The notes under the pieces were generated by a model. The model was not told where the DNA came from, did no database searches, and saw only the letters and a program-made list of their open reading frames with translations. This document shows, piece after piece, positions 29,481 through 39,580 of a stretch of DNA of 41,460 nt (position 1 is its first letter; each line of letters opens with the position of its first letter). Both the position numbers and the translations under genes were made by a program. This DNA is from Planctomycetia bacterium (GTDB lineage: Bacteria > Planctomycetota > Planctomycetia > Pirellulales > UBA1268): the NCBI GenBank assembly GCA_009922585.1, contig RFVE01000003.1:1-41460 (forward strand). The letters run 5' to 3'.

Positions 29481-29638
29481 CCGATTCACTGCCATTGCTG
29501 CTGTATCCCTTCAGCTCTTCCATACCCAATCCTGCCATCGGCAGCCGGCTGGTCCGGGTTCGGTTTTCTCTGCCACTCCCGTGCGACCGGCGTAGCCGGC
29601 ATGACCGGCTGTGAAAGGGACGAGTGGAGACGGCCAGT

Positions 29639-29667
29639 TTGCCCGCCACTCGGGCCTGGGGTACGAT
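29639..29667 (+). promoter_or_regulatory. sigma70-type promoter of sodA
   Basis: TTGCCC-N17-TACGAT about 75 nt upstream of ATG 29743. Confidence 0.5.
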
Positions 29668-29742
29668 CCGGCACAGAGCCGGCGGTCGGCGCCGGAATAC
29701 TGCTTGCTGCTCGCCCACCCCACATGCGGAGACTGTCGATTC

Positions 29743-30354
29743 ATGGCCTACACCCTAGCCCCCCTGCCCTACTCCTTTGACGCCCTCGAGCCGCACATCG
29801 ATGCCCGGACGATGGAGATCCATCACGACAAGCATCACGCCGCCTACGTCGCCAATGTCAACAAGGCGCTCGAGGGAAGCCCGCTGGCCGACTTGCCGGT
29901 CGACAAACTGATTAGTGATCTCGAACAGGTGCCTGAGGCAATTCGAACCGCCGTGCGCAACAATGGTGGCGGCCATGCCAACCACACACTCTTCTGGGAG
30001 TCACTCGGCGGTGGCAAGGGGGGTGAGCCAACCGGAGAACTCGCCAGTGCGATTGGGTCGGTCTTCGGCAGCTACGCCGGTTTCCAGGAGGCCTTCACGA
30101 AGGCTGCCATGGGCCGGTTTGGCAGTGGCTGGGCCTGGCTTTCGCTCGATCCGCAGGGCAAGCTTTTGATCGAGAGCACCGCCAACCAGGACAGCCCGCT
30201 GATGCATGGCAACACGCCGCTTCTGGGCGTTGACGTCTGGGAACACGCCTATTACCTGCTTTACCAGAACCGCCGGGCCGACTATGTCGGCGCCTTCTAC
30301 AACGTCGTCGACTGGGATGTCATCGGGCAGAGGTTCGCTACCGCCAAAAAATAG
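29743..30354 (+). CDS. sodA: Superoxide dismutase [Mn/Fe], probably Mn-type
   Basis: [52 protein letters not shown]. Confidence 0.96.
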   Translation: MAYTLAPLPYSFDALEPHIDARTMEIHHDKHHAAYVANVNKALEGSPLADLPVDKLISDLEQVPEAIRTAVRNNGGGHANHTLFWESLGGGKGGEPTGELASAIGSVFGSYAGFQEAFTKAAMGRFGSGWAWLSLDPQGKLLIESTANQDSPLMHGNTPLLGVDVWEHAYYLLYQNRRADYVGAFYNVVDWDVIGQRFATAKK

Positions 30355-30393
30355 TTGGAAACTCGGTCTCTCTGATGACCATCGAGCCATTCG

Positions 30394-30429
30394 CCGGGCC
30401 GCCGCTTGTCGGTGGCCCGGTTTTTTTTT
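30394..30429 (+). terminator. Rho-independent terminator of sodA
   Basis: 11-bp stem CCGGGCCGCCG/CGGTGGCCCGG, 5-nt loop, T9 tail. Confidence 0.9.
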
Positions 30430-30532
30430 GCCGATCAGGTGAATTGGGCAAAGGCTGGCGTTGACATTCTGCCGAAAGAATCCGTATTCCCCGCACAGCC
30501 GTGCCTGACCGCCATGATTGGGAGAGGAATCG

Positions 30533-31792
30533 ATGCAGACGCCCGCTGGGATCACGACGAACAAAACGCAACTCCCGCAAAGCCTCCGAAACAGTTCCGG
30601 TGGCCAACTCACCCGCTGCCTGGTCCTGCCAGCAGTGCTAGTCGTCCTTGCAACCGGCTGTAAAAGCGGTTCTTCAATGGGAAACTCCTGGTGGTCCTTT
30701 GGCATGGGAGGGCCCGATGCTGCCAGCCTGGCTGAGGCGCCTCCCTTCGAGGGCGATCTGACCAAGCCTTCGGCTAACGCGACACCCTATCCGACCACTT
30801 CGACCCCTGAAAGTTACGCAATTACTGGTGGCAAGACTCCTGCCGCTGGGCAGCAGCCGGCAGCAGCTGGGGCATTGGCTGAGACGTCTCAGCCGCCAGT
30901 CACCTACGGCACGACCCCGCCACCTGCCGCTCCCCCAACTCAGCCTGCCATGACTCCCCGCGGTGCCGGTGCGAACGCAATCGCCGCCAACTCCCCGGAG
31001 GCTGGCGTTGGCCCGCAGGTTGGGCCCTATCAGACAATCCCGTCAACCGTCTCGTCCGCCCCTGCGGCGACGACACCACCGCTCAACGGCATGGCTGATC
31101 GGACCGCGTCTGAGCAGGTTCTGCCGCCTTCGAGTCGGTTCGGGTCGCCCACAGCCCAGCAGGGGCTCGCTGATTCATCCCAGATTCCACCACCAGCTCG
31201 CAGCAGATTTTCTTCTGTCGCTGATCAACGGGTTGCCGAGGCCCCAGCTGCTGGAAACTACAGCGGCGGCAGTCGGTTTAGTAGCCCGCGGGCAGTCGCT
31301 GCGCCGGTGGCGCCGATGCTCCCCGAACGTGGCGAAACCGCCGCTGCTGCTGCTGTGTCCCAGAGTCGGTATGGCGAGGCGGGCAGCTCTGCGTTTGCTG
31401 GCAGTGGGCTGTCCGCGTCCTCCAGTGCATCTCGGGAGCCCGTTTCCGATCCTTCGCAGCCGGCTGGTTTCCCCGCGGCGTCGCCGTTTCCGGGAGAGTC
31501 CTCCGACACTCCAATTGCGTCTCCCGAGTCGCCACAGCTGCCGGCCCCGCCACCGTCCTCTCGGCGACGTGACCCGGGGTACCGACCTTTCGGGACATCA
31601 AGTTATCGGGCAGCCGAGCCGATTTATGCCGAGCGCGGCACGGGTGCCACTCCGCTTGAAACGCAGCCCATCACACCGGGCGGCGTGAAACCAGCCTCCT
31701 TTGATGCTCAGCAGGCAATGCCCTCTGTGGGGCTGCCACAGGCGATGCCAGCAGTGCCGAGCATTTCAGGGCCACCTGTTACCAGCCCATGA
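30533..31792 (+). CDS. Pro/Ser/Ala-rich, largely disordered lipoprotein
   Basis: Hydrophobic stretch ending LATG-C; conserved-looking islands KPSANATPYP, QVGPY and DPGYRPFGTSSY; GAGGA SD and TTGACA at 30461. Confidence 0.7.
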   Translation: MQTPAGITTNKTQLPQSLRNSSGGQLTRCLVLPAVLVVLATGCKSGSSMGNSWWSFGMGGPDAASLAEAPPFEGDLTKPSANATPYPTTSTPESYAITGGKTPAAGQQPAAAGALAETSQPPVTYGTTPPPAAPPTQPAMTPRGAGANAIAANSPEAGVGPQVGPYQTIPSTVSSAPAATTPPLNGMADRTASEQVLPPSSRFGSPTAQQGLADSSQIPPPARSRFSSVADQRVAEAPAAGNYSGGSRFSSPRAVAAPVAPMLPERGETAAAAAVSQSRYGEAGSSAFAGSGLSASSSASREPVSDPSQPAGFPAASPFPGESSDTPIASPESPQLPAPPPSSRRRDPGYRPFGTSSYRAAEPIYAERGTGATPLETQPITPGGVKPASFDAQQAMPSVGLPQAMPAVPSISGPPVTSP

Positions 31793-32120
31793 CCATGTTC
31801 GACTCGATCACCTTGCGGGCCCGATCGAGATCGTCGCCGGTTTCGTGCATGTAGAGCCGAATGGCGTGCAGTTTGTCGCCTGAAGCCCGGGCCAGACACT
31901 CACGGGCCGTGTCGCAGGGGCGTTGCGGTTCCTGCTCTGATGCGTTCGGTAACAGGCCTAGCGCGGACTTCGAAATGACCCAGGTATCCCGCGGCCGGCG
32001 GGTCAGCCGCAGGATTCTTTCCTGTGGGTAGGCATCAGAAACGACCGCCGTCGCCGCCGTTTCATCGTCGGCCCACGAAATAATGATGTGGGCTTCTGTC
32101 TCGATTTCGAAGAGCGGCAT
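31779..32120 (-). CDS. Conserved planctomycete hypothetical protein
   Basis: MPLFEIETEAHIIISWA...RPRDTWVISKSALG...ARECLARASGDKLHAIRLYM...IESNMVMGW; GGAGG SD upstream. Confidence 0.8.
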   Translation of the reverse strand: MPLFEIETEAHIIISWADDETAATAVVSDAYPQERILRLTRRPRDTWVISKSALGLLPNASEQEPQRPCDTARECLARASGDKLHAIRLYMHETGDDLDRARKVIESNMVMGW

Positions 32121-32322
32121 TGGTCGCGTTTCCTCCACGCGGATCGGCATCACACTGCGATGGTCGGACATTCGCTGCCGTCGCGGCGTGGAGCCTACGC
32201 TGGCCCGACGGGAGGGTCAAACCCCGGCGGTCGCCTCGCCAGCCTGGCAGCCGTGATGCGTGCTACCATAGAGGCTAGGGATAGGCAGCGCGGTGCTGCT
32301 ACCACCACCGGAAGGGTTGACC

Positions 32323-33270
32323 ATGCGCTACGACCGGGAAGGTTTTCCAATCCCGCCGGAATTCGATCTGCCTGATTCGACGGCGACGGCAGAGGTGTTG
32401 CCAGTCTCCGATCCGGAAGCGGTGCGGTCTCGAAAGCGTACCGGTCGGGCAGGCTGGCGGAAGCGGCTGGTGGTGCTGGCCGTGTTGCTGGGCGTTGTCG
32501 TGCCCGGTCTGCTCGGTCCCCAGCTCCTGCCAACCATTTCTGCCGCTGTGGTGAACTGGTCACTCGAACAAGCCTATGCCTGTCAGGCGGCCGACAATGT
32601 CGCTGGTGCTGTCGATCATCTTAGTCGGGCCATCAGCTGGCATGGTGACCATCCCGATCTGCTCTGCATGCGAGCACTCGTGCGGCTGGAGAGTCGTGAT
32701 CCGCAGGGAGCCCTTGAAGACGCTCGCCAGGCAGCAGTGCTTGCTCCGCTGGCCAGTCAGCCGTTGCGGATTCAGGCGGTTGTTCTTGTTGTGCTGGGAG
32801 AGGCCGATGACGCGGTGGCAGCCGCCGACCGGGCGGCCGAACTGGCCGGGGATGGGGCTGCTGCGGCGGTGAATCACCGGGCCTACATCCGGGGGCTTGT
32901 TGCCCGGGATCTCGATGCCGCCCTGGCTGATATCGAGCTGGTGGTGGCCAGCGATGACGATGCCCCACCAGCCTTCGTTGACACCCACGGCTTCCTCCTC
33001 CATCTCGTCGGCAGGCACGAGGAGGCGATCGATCAGCTCAACCACGCCATCGCCGGAATGCGGGCGGAGCGACAGACTTTTGCCCGTCGCTTTGGTCGTT
33101 CACCTTCGACAGCGGCGGCCGTCCGTCTGCGGGAAATCGATCAGGCACTGGCGGTGATGTACCACCATCGCAGTCTCGCCTGCGGGGCGATCGGGCTTTC
33201 CGGCCAGGCCGAGCAGGATCAGCAACTAGCCCGCGAAAAGGGCTTCGATCCGAGCCGTGGCATTCTCTAG
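32323..33270 (+). CDS. Membrane-anchored TPR protein
   Basis: One TM segment (LVVLAVLLGVVVPG) followed by TPR helices (NHRAY, DTHGFLLH, MYHHRS). Confidence 0.75.
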   Translation: MRYDREGFPIPPEFDLPDSTATAEVLPVSDPEAVRSRKRTGRAGWRKRLVVLAVLLGVVVPGLLGPQLLPTISAAVVNWSLEQAYACQAADNVAGAVDHLSRAISWHGDHPDLLCMRALVRLESRDPQGALEDARQAAVLAPLASQPLRIQAVVLVVLGEADDAVAAADRAAELAGDGAAAAVNHRAYIRGLVARDLDAALADIELVVASDDDAPPAFVDTHGFLLHLVGRHEEAIDQLNHAIAGMRAERQTFARRFGRSPSTAAAVRLREIDQALAVMYHHRSLACGAIGLSGQAEQDQQLAREKGFDPSRGIL

Positions 33271-33314
33271 CGGCCGGTGCGGCAAAAGCCCCGGATGCCT
33301 GATGGGCAGACCGA

Positions 33315-33388
33315 GGGGGTGTAGCTCAGTTGGTTAGAGCGCCAGCCTGTCACGCTGGAGGCCGCGGGTTCGAGTCCCGTCACCCTCG
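33315..33388 (+). tRNA. tRNA-Asp (GTC)
   Basis: GGGGGTG/CACCCTC acceptor stem, D-arm TAGCTCAGTTGGTTAGAGC, anticodon arm CCAGC-CTGTCAC-GCTGG, T-arm GGTTCGAGTCC; CCA not encoded. Confidence 0.97.
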
Positions 33389-33438
33389 CTTTCTCTCCTG
33401 CTGTCATTCGACGCAGATGTCCCTGTGGATTACTGTTC

Positions 33439-34263
33439 ATGCCACTTCCGTATGCTGGCCGCGCTGTTGTGACCGGGGCGGCAAGTGGGTTCGGCCGCGC
33501 GGTCTGTCTGCAACTGGCCGCCCGTTGCTGGCAGCTTGCTGCGGTCGATCTGGATGCTGCCAAATCAGCCGATTGGAGGGCGCTTGGCGCAGAAGTTGAG
33601 TCGCTTGGGGGAGGCTGGCTGCCCTATCCGTTTGACGTTCGTGAGCCTGCCGGCTGGCAGGAGTTGGCAGACCAGTTGGAGGATCGCTGGCCGGGAATCG
33701 ACCTGCTGGTCAATGCAGCTGGTGTCGGGGCAACCGGTGAGGTTGGGCAACTGCCGCTGGAACAGTGGCGGCGAATCATCGACGTCAATCTGCTCGGGAC
33801 GGCGATTGGCTGCGAGACGTTGCTGCCCCAGCTGCGGCGACATCGGGCTCCCAGTAGGTTGCTCAACGTCGCCTCGATTGCCGGGATCCTCGCCCCGCCT
33901 TCCATGGCAGCCTATTCGGCCAGCAAGGCTGGGGTGATCGCCCTTTCTGAGGCGATCGCAGGTGAGTGTCGCGGCCAGCCGACCGTCACGGTGGCCTGTC
34001 CGGGCTTCTTCCGGTCGGGACTGCTCGACTCGTGGCACTTTAGTAACGGCAGGGAACAGCGTGAGGCCAGGCGGCGAATGGACCTGACTGGCTGGACTTC
34101 GGCGAAAGTCGCCGAGCGAGTGCTGGCCGCTACCTTTGCCGGTCGTCGGTATGCGGTTCTCGGTCGGCAGGCCCGCTGGCTCTGGCGGCTGAAACGGCTG
34201 GCTCCGGCAACAGCAACGGGACTGATCAGCCGGGTCTATCATCGGCTTGAGCGTCCGGGCTGA
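33439..34263 (+). CDS. Short-chain dehydrogenase/reductase
   Basis: VVTGAASGFG, LVNAAG, NVASIAG, YSASK. Confidence 0.92.
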   Translation: MPLPYAGRAVVTGAASGFGRAVCLQLAARCWQLAAVDLDAAKSADWRALGAEVESLGGGWLPYPFDVREPAGWQELADQLEDRWPGIDLLVNAAGVGATGEVGQLPLEQWRRIIDVNLLGTAIGCETLLPQLRRHRAPSRLLNVASIAGILAPPSMAAYSASKAGVIALSEAIAGECRGQPTVTVACPGFFRSGLLDSWHFSNGREQREARRRMDLTGWTSAKVAERVLAATFAGRRYAVLGRQARWLWRLKRLAPATATGLISRVYHRLERPG

Positions 34264-34292
34264 CGGTTGGCAGTGGTTGCGTGACGATCCTG

Positions 34293-35411
34293 TCAGGCAA
34301 TGCCGTCGAGTTCTTTCAGCCAGGCGCGAATTTCATTTTCGTATTCGCTCGCCAGCCCTCCCACGATCAGCTGGCGGTGAAAGCTGGCCGCCCCCTCCTT
34401 CATGAGGTCGGCATCCTCAGCACTCGGGAATCGTTTGTTGGGATCGGCGGCCACCAGACCGCTGCAAAAGTTCATCAGGAGTTCGTTGCAGCTGACTTCG
34501 TTGGGCAGGATCTGTGGCAGGCGGTGTGCCAGCGAGCGTTTGGCCTCCAGCAGGTCACGGAAGGAATTGAGGCCGGCGAACGGCGGTTGGCCGCTGAGCA
34601 TTTCGATCAACACGTAGCCGAGACTTGCCAGGTCAGACCGGGGCGAGTGGTCGCGGCCCTCGAGCACTTCGGGCGCTGCGTAGGCTGGCGTGCAGGTCCG
34701 ATTGGCCGGCATGGTGGCCTGTTTGACTGCCGAGCCAATGTCGATGATTTTGGCGTTGCCGGTTCGCTTCACCATGATGTTCGAACTTTTCACATCGCCG
34801 TGAAGAATTCCATCGCGGTGCAGTGCAGCCAGTGCCGCGAGACATTCCCTCACGATGGCGATGGCAACGCCTGGCTTCAGCCGTGACTGCCGTGGCCCCG
34901 GCGTGACGATCACCCGGTTGAGATAGTCCCAGCGTTCCTCTGTGACGCAGGATCTGGTCTGGGCGAGTAGTTCTGGAGTAAGAAGCCGCGACAGGTCATA
35001 GCCATCGATCCACTCCATTTCCATGATGCGGATTCGACGCTGCTCGACGAAGTTCTGAACGTCGAGCAGATTGTCCTGCTGGATCTGTGCAACTTGGGCA
35101 GAGACGTGGGCGATCCGCTCCATGGCCTCGTCATAAGCTGCCTCTGATTCATACCGCTCTGGAGAAAAAACCTTCAAGGCCACCGGCAGAGTAAAGCCAT
35201 CGGTGCCCCTCCGCGTAGTCAGGAAGACAACGCCCTGACCGCCCGAGCCAAGCCGCCGACCGAGTTTGTGGTACTCCGTCCAGCTGAGCCTGCCACAGTC
35301 GAGAATCTCACCATAGCGTGAGAGCAATTCATCTGGGCAGCGGCCACCGACCATCCCACCCGCCGGAATGGTCGGATGTCCTTCCTGGAAGGCCGTTGTC
35401 GACATGGTCAT
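34293..35411 (-). CDS. Hanks-type Ser/Thr protein kinase (soluble, non-RD)
   Basis: LGSGGQGVV, VALK, HGDVKSSN, DIG, YAAPE, SDLASLG. Start uncertain (35411-35447). Confidence 0.9.
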   Translation of the reverse strand: MTMSTTAFQEGHPTIPAGGMVGGRCPDELLSRYGEILDCGRLSWTEYHKLGRRLGSGGQGVVFLTTRRGTDGFTLPVALKVFSPERYESEAAYDEAMERIAHVSAQVAQIQQDNLLDVQNFVEQRRIRIMEMEWIDGYDLSRLLTPELLAQTRSCVTEERWDYLNRVIVTPGPRQSRLKPGVAIAIVRECLAALAALHRDGILHGDVKSSNIMVKRTGNAKIIDIGSAVKQATMPANRTCTPAYAAPEVLEGRDHSPRSDLASLGYVLIEMLSGQPPFAGLNSFRDLLEAKRSLAHRLPQILPNEVSCNELLMNFCSGLVAADPNKRFPSAEDADLMKEGAASFHRQLIVGGLASEYENEIRAWLKELDGIA

Positions 35412-35482
35412 ATCGCTACCGTCCATCGCATCCATTGCTGCCACCATGCTCCTGAAAGTGGTGAGGGCTCTGAGCTGTCTGC

Positions 35483-36469
35483 TCAAAACGGCAGGGGCGG
35501 GCCGTCGGGTGACGGGAAGCCCAACTGCTTGTCGACCGCATTGATCAGCGGCAGTCCCTGGGAATATCGTACGAGGTTTGCGGAAAAAAGGTCGGTCATC
35601 CGGTCAATCCGGTGGACCGACTGGCCTCCCACATGAGGGGTAATGACCAGGCCGGGGGCGTTCCATAACGGGCTGGCGGCTGACGGCGGCTCCTCCGGAG
35701 TCACGTCAAATCCGGCCGAATCGAGCTGGCCCGATTCCAGGCCCGCGACCACCGCTGACTCGACGACCAGCCCGCCGCGGGCGACATTGATCAGAATGCT
35801 GCCCCGTTTCATCTGGGACACTGCCTCTGCATCAATCATGCCGCGGGTCTCCGCGGTGAGCGGTGCGGCCAGCATCACGATGTCGGCCTCTGGCAAGAGC
35901 CGTCGGAAGGCGTCGGGGCCAGCCAGTTGGTCGAGGCCGGTGGCCGGCTGGTCGGGGAAATAATCGGTGGCCAGCAGCCGGGTTTTCCAGGGCGCGAGGA
36001 CTTCGGCCAGCCGCCGGCCGTTGCCGCCAAAGCCGACGATCAGCACGGTGCTGCCGGTGAGGTCGCGAGTGGGTCTGCGGATGAACTCCCGCTGCTGCTG
36101 TTGCTGAAGAAACAGCGGAATCCTGCGGGTACAGGCGGTAGCTAGGGCCATGGCCTGCTCGGCGACCTGGTCGGCCAGCACGCCTGAGGCGCTGGTCACC
36201 GTGACGCCTGAGGCGACCACGCTGGGCACGAGGCAATGATCAAGGCCGGCGGCTGAAGACTGAATCCACCGCAGTCTCCCCGCGGCGATTGTCTCATCCC
36301 AAGGCACTGGAACCTTGGCGTGCCCACAGAAAATGTCGGCCGTCGGCAGTTCCTCGGCGATACGTTCCTGGCCAGCATCCACGACGGTGGCTGCTGGCCA
36401 GGAACGCTGAATCTGGCGAATATGCCGCTTTTCGACGGGATAGCAGAGGACGATGCGGGGGCTGGGCAC
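35483..36469 (-). CDS. D-2-hydroxyacid dehydrogenase
   Basis: WIQSSAAGLD, VAEQA, IVGFGGNG, PLTAETRG, INVARG, DVTPEEP, ITPHVGG. Start at GTG 36469; the longer ORF extension is spurious. Confidence 0.92.
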   Translation of the reverse strand: MPSPRIVLCYPVEKRHIRQIQRSWPAATVVDAGQERIAEELPTADIFCGHAKVPVPWDETIAAGRLRWIQSSAAGLDHCLVPSVVASGVTVTSASGVLADQVAEQAMALATACTRRIPLFLQQQQQREFIRRPTRDLTGSTVLIVGFGGNGRRLAEVLAPWKTRLLATDYFPDQPATGLDQLAGPDAFRRLLPEADIVMLAAPLTAETRGMIDAEAVSQMKRGSILINVARGGLVVESAVVAGLESGQLDSAGFDVTPEEPPSAASPLWNAPGLVITPHVGGQSVHRIDRMTDLFSANLVRYSQGLPLINAVDKQLGFPSPDGPPLPF

Positions 36470-36765
36470 AGGTGGGTGGTGGAGAGCGAGCAGGTGTTGC
36501 CTGTATTCGGTCGCAGCATGGAAGCCAGGCGAGATGCTTCCGGTCAGAGCTGAAGCCAAATGTTCGATTATGCCGATTGTGTTGAGAATGAAATAGGAGC
36601 TGGCACCCAGACACTGGATTTCAGCGGCAATTTCTGGCAAAAATCTATCGTACGGGCGACACGAAACGTTCGCGGAGGTCACTTTTGTTCGTGGCTTGCG
36701 GTACGCGCCGGTCTTTATGCGACATAGATTCGAGAGAGATTTCGAGGCGACGAAGCGGAGTTGGT

Positions 36766-37728
36766 ATGAATTGGACCCGAACCACTGTGCTTGCCACGGT
36801 GGCACTGACGTTTCTCAGAATTGTGATCGGCCTTCATTTTTTTCTCGAGGGTTCGAGTCACCTCCGAGATTCGGCCTGGTCGAGTGCCGGCTTCCGCAAG
36901 GCGGCGGTCGGTCCGCTGGCGGAATTTCTCCGGGCAGACCTGCCTGAGGTTGGTGACTGGTCAGAGACGCTGGCCAACGTCTCAGGCTCCGCTGCCGACG
37001 ACATTGACGGTTCGGCGGATGCCTGGCGGGCATCGGTTGTGGCTGAATGGCGTCGGCTTTGGCAGCGTCGGCTCGATGTGTTGGCGGCCACTGGCTGGTC
37101 TGCTGACGCTGAGGTGACCGCTACAGCTGAGGCGGCGATTGCAGAAGCCGACAAGAAGCTCTCTGACATGCTGGCTGATGATCGGGACGATTTGCTTGAG
37201 TATCGGCGGCAACGGCAACGGCTGAGCGAGATGTCGGCCTCGGCGATGGCCCGGGATCTGCCCTACGTTCGGAAACGAATTGCCGACAAACGGCGTGAAC
37301 TTGAGTCGCAGGCAGCCGGCTGGATGAGTCAGGCTGCAGCGATCGGAGTTGAGGTTGTCACGGCCTGGGACCGTCCGCTCTCGGCAGCCCAGCGGCGGCT
37401 GGCGGCGACCGCAGTCGAGCCAACCCGTCTCTGGAAGGCTGACCGCTTCGTCAGTTGGGCACTCGTGACAATCGGAGCAGCACTCGTGCTTGGGCTGCTG
37501 ACCAAGTTTCATGCGGTGGGGGGCATCTGTTTTCTGCTCTCTGTTGTGGCCTCACAGCCGTTCTGGCTTCCGGCGGCCAAGGCCACCTATGAGCAGTGGG
37601 TCGAGATTGCCGGGCTTCTGGTGTTGGCCTCGGTCCCAACAGGCGGCTGGACCGGGCTCGACTATTTTCTCATGCCGCTCATCAGGGGCCTTTGCCCGCT
37701 CGGCAGCTGCCGCCGTGATGCTTCCTGA
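36766..37728 (+). CDS. DoxX-family membrane protein with a large periplasmic helical insert
   Basis: FLRIVIGLHFFLEG, WSSAGF..AVGP, C-terminal TM segments and GLD motif. Start at ATG 36766. Confidence 0.8.
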   Translation: MNWTRTTVLATVALTFLRIVIGLHFFLEGSSHLRDSAWSSAGFRKAAVGPLAEFLRADLPEVGDWSETLANVSGSAADDIDGSADAWRASVVAEWRRLWQRRLDVLAATGWSADAEVTATAEAAIAEADKKLSDMLADDRDDLLEYRRQRQRLSEMSASAMARDLPYVRKRIADKRRELESQAAGWMSQAAAIGVEVVTAWDRPLSAAQRRLAATAVEPTRLWKADRFVSWALVTIGAALVLGLLTKFHAVGGICFLLSVVASQPFWLPAAKATYEQWVEIAGLLVLASVPTGGWTGLDYFLMPLIRGLCPLGSCRRDAS

Positions 37729-37797
37729 GCAGCCCTACTGCTCACCACACGCCCAAAAAACAATCGATTTCCTGATGCGAACCGGAGAACACTCACG

Positions 37798-39483
37798 ATG
37801 AACCTCACCCCCGAACAGCAGACGATCGGCAAGGAAAACTTCAATGATGCAGTGGCGATCACCCGCCGCGACTTCCTCTCGGGGACGGTGGCTGCCGGTC
37901 TGGCTACCGGGGCTGGACTGGGCTCAATTTACTTTGGTTACGGTGCGAGCGTCGGCGATCCCTTGCGGGTCGGCTTCATCGGCACTGGCGATGAAGGCAG
38001 CGTGCTGATCGGTGCTCATAACCCCGAATACCTCAACGTCGTGGCGATTGCCGACATCCGCCCCTACAACGTCTTTCGCGCATTCCATGGCGACATCTCC
38101 AGTCCCAATGCTCAGCGGGTTCGGCCCGGCCTGATGGCAAAGTACGGCTGGAAAACTGAGGATGCGGCCCGCAAACAGGTGAAGGTTTATGGGGCCTACG
38201 AAGATCTGCTTGCTGACGACGACATCGAAGCGGTTGTCATTGCCCTTCCCTTGCACCTGCACGCCGAAGCGGCCATCAAGGCGATGCGGGCGGGCAAACA
38301 TGTGCTGACCGAGAAGCTGATGGGTCACTCGATTCATGAGTGCAAGGAAATGGGCCGTACGGCCAAGGCGACCGGCAAGCTGCTGGCGACGGGTCATCAG
38401 CGGCATTACAGCGTGCTCTACGACAACGCGGTTCATACGATCGGTGAAGCCAGGCTGATCGGTGACGTTCATTCGATCCGTGCCCAGTGGCATCGCGGTA
38501 ACCTGCCGGGTAAGGACAGTTGGAAGCCGCCGCTGCCTGGGGATGAGTCGCTGGTCAAAAAGCTGGCCAGCTGGAAGGGGCGGCTGGAGCAGTCGAAGCC
38601 GGCGGAGATCGATATCTGGACGAAGCGGGTGGCCCAGCTTGAGGCGCAGCTGGAGGACAGTGGCGTTGACGCTGCCGCCTATGGATACACCGCGAAAACG
38701 CTTCCCGATGGGGCCGCGCGTTCACCGCTTGAGGAGTTGATCCGCTGGCGGCTCTGGAACCGTACGGGCGGCGGCCTGATGGCTGAGTTGGGCAGTCACC
38801 AACTCGATGCAGCCGGTATCTTCATCTCGGCAATGCATGGCAAGGGGAAGAAGGTCAAGCCGCTGACGGTAACGGCTGTCGGCAACCGCAGCATTTTTCC
38901 CGCTGACCGTGAGGTCGATGACCATGTCTACTGCATGTACGAGTATCCCGCTCCTGGCTATGAGGAAGACCCCAACAAGAAGATTGTCGTCACCTACTCA
39001 TCGATCAACGGCAACGGTTTCGGAGGCTACGGTGAGGTGGTGATGGGCACCGAGGGGACGCTCATTCTCGAGCAGGAACAGAACGTGATGCTCTACAAGG
39101 GATCCTCTCGGGATACGCGGGTGACTGTCGGGAAGGCGAAGAGCGGTGCTCCCGTTCTCGACACTACCGAAAGCGGCGGCGCGGGGGCGGTGGCAGCCGT
39201 TTCTGCTACGCCGGGTGATGCCGCTCCACCCTCCCGGGGCTACACCGAGGAGATGGAACACTGGGCCTGGTGCATCCGCAACCCTGATCCTGCCAATCAG
39301 CCCCGCTGCAAGCCCGAAGTGGCGCTTGCTGATGCCGTGATCGCACTCGTCAGCAACCAGGCTCTGAATAATCCCAATGAGCAGCCGCGGATTGCATTTG
39401 AAGCCGATTGGTTCGACATCGACAGCGACAGCACGCCGGAGGGCACCAAGCCCGATCTGACACGTGACCGCTACAACGGCTGA
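37798..39483 (+). CDS. Tat-exported Gfo/Idh/MocA oxidoreductase
   Basis: TRRDFL Tat motif, GFIGTGDEG, IALPLHLH, GKHVLTEK, GHQRH, GGGLMAELGSHQLD. Confidence 0.9.
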   Translation: MNLTPEQQTIGKENFNDAVAITRRDFLSGTVAAGLATGAGLGSIYFGYGASVGDPLRVGFIGTGDEGSVLIGAHNPEYLNVVAIADIRPYNVFRAFHGDISSPNAQRVRPGLMAKYGWKTEDAARKQVKVYGAYEDLLADDDIEAVVIALPLHLHAEAAIKAMRAGKHVLTEKLMGHSIHECKEMGRTAKATGKLLATGHQRHYSVLYDNAVHTIGEARLIGDVHSIRAQWHRGNLPGKDSWKPPLPGDESLVKKLASWKGRLEQSKPAEIDIWTKRVAQLEAQLEDSGVDAAAYGYTAKTLPDGAARSPLEELIRWRLWNRTGGGLMAELGSHQLDAAGIFISAMHGKGKKVKPLTVTAVGNRSIFPADREVDDHVYCMYEYPAPGYEEDPNKKIVVTYSSINGNGFGGYGEVVMGTEGTLILEQEQNVMLYKGSSRDTRVTVGKAKSGAPVLDTTESGGAGAVAAVSATPGDAAPPSRGYTEEMEHWAWCIRNPDPANQPRCKPEVALADAVIALVSNQALNNPNEQPRIAFEADWFDIDSDSTPEGTKPDLTRDRYNG

Positions 39484-39551
39484 GTGCGACAGCCTTGCAC
39501 GCTGTTCACTCGATCGCCTCAGTGCACGCCCAGTTCATATCACGCTGAGGT

Positions 39552-39579
39552 GTGACAAAACCGCCCGTTGGTGTAGAAT
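39552..39579 (+). promoter_or_regulatory. sigma70-type promoter for the downstream structured RNA
   Basis: GTGACA (39552-39557)-N16-TAGAAT (39574-39579). Confidence 0.6.
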
Positions 39580-39580
39580 C

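Noticed and set aside
33315-33440. tRNA-Asp as an integration site for an island or prophage
   Set aside because: No integrase, no duplicated tRNA 3' end and no compositional shift; an SDR gene follows after 50 nt.
39482-39552. Two hairpins after the oxidoreductase stop (GAGTG/CACTC with ACAGC/GCTGT; GCCTCAGTG/CGCTGAGGT)
   Set aside because: Ordinary 3'-UTR stems with no U-tract; not enough to call a terminator or a separate RNA.
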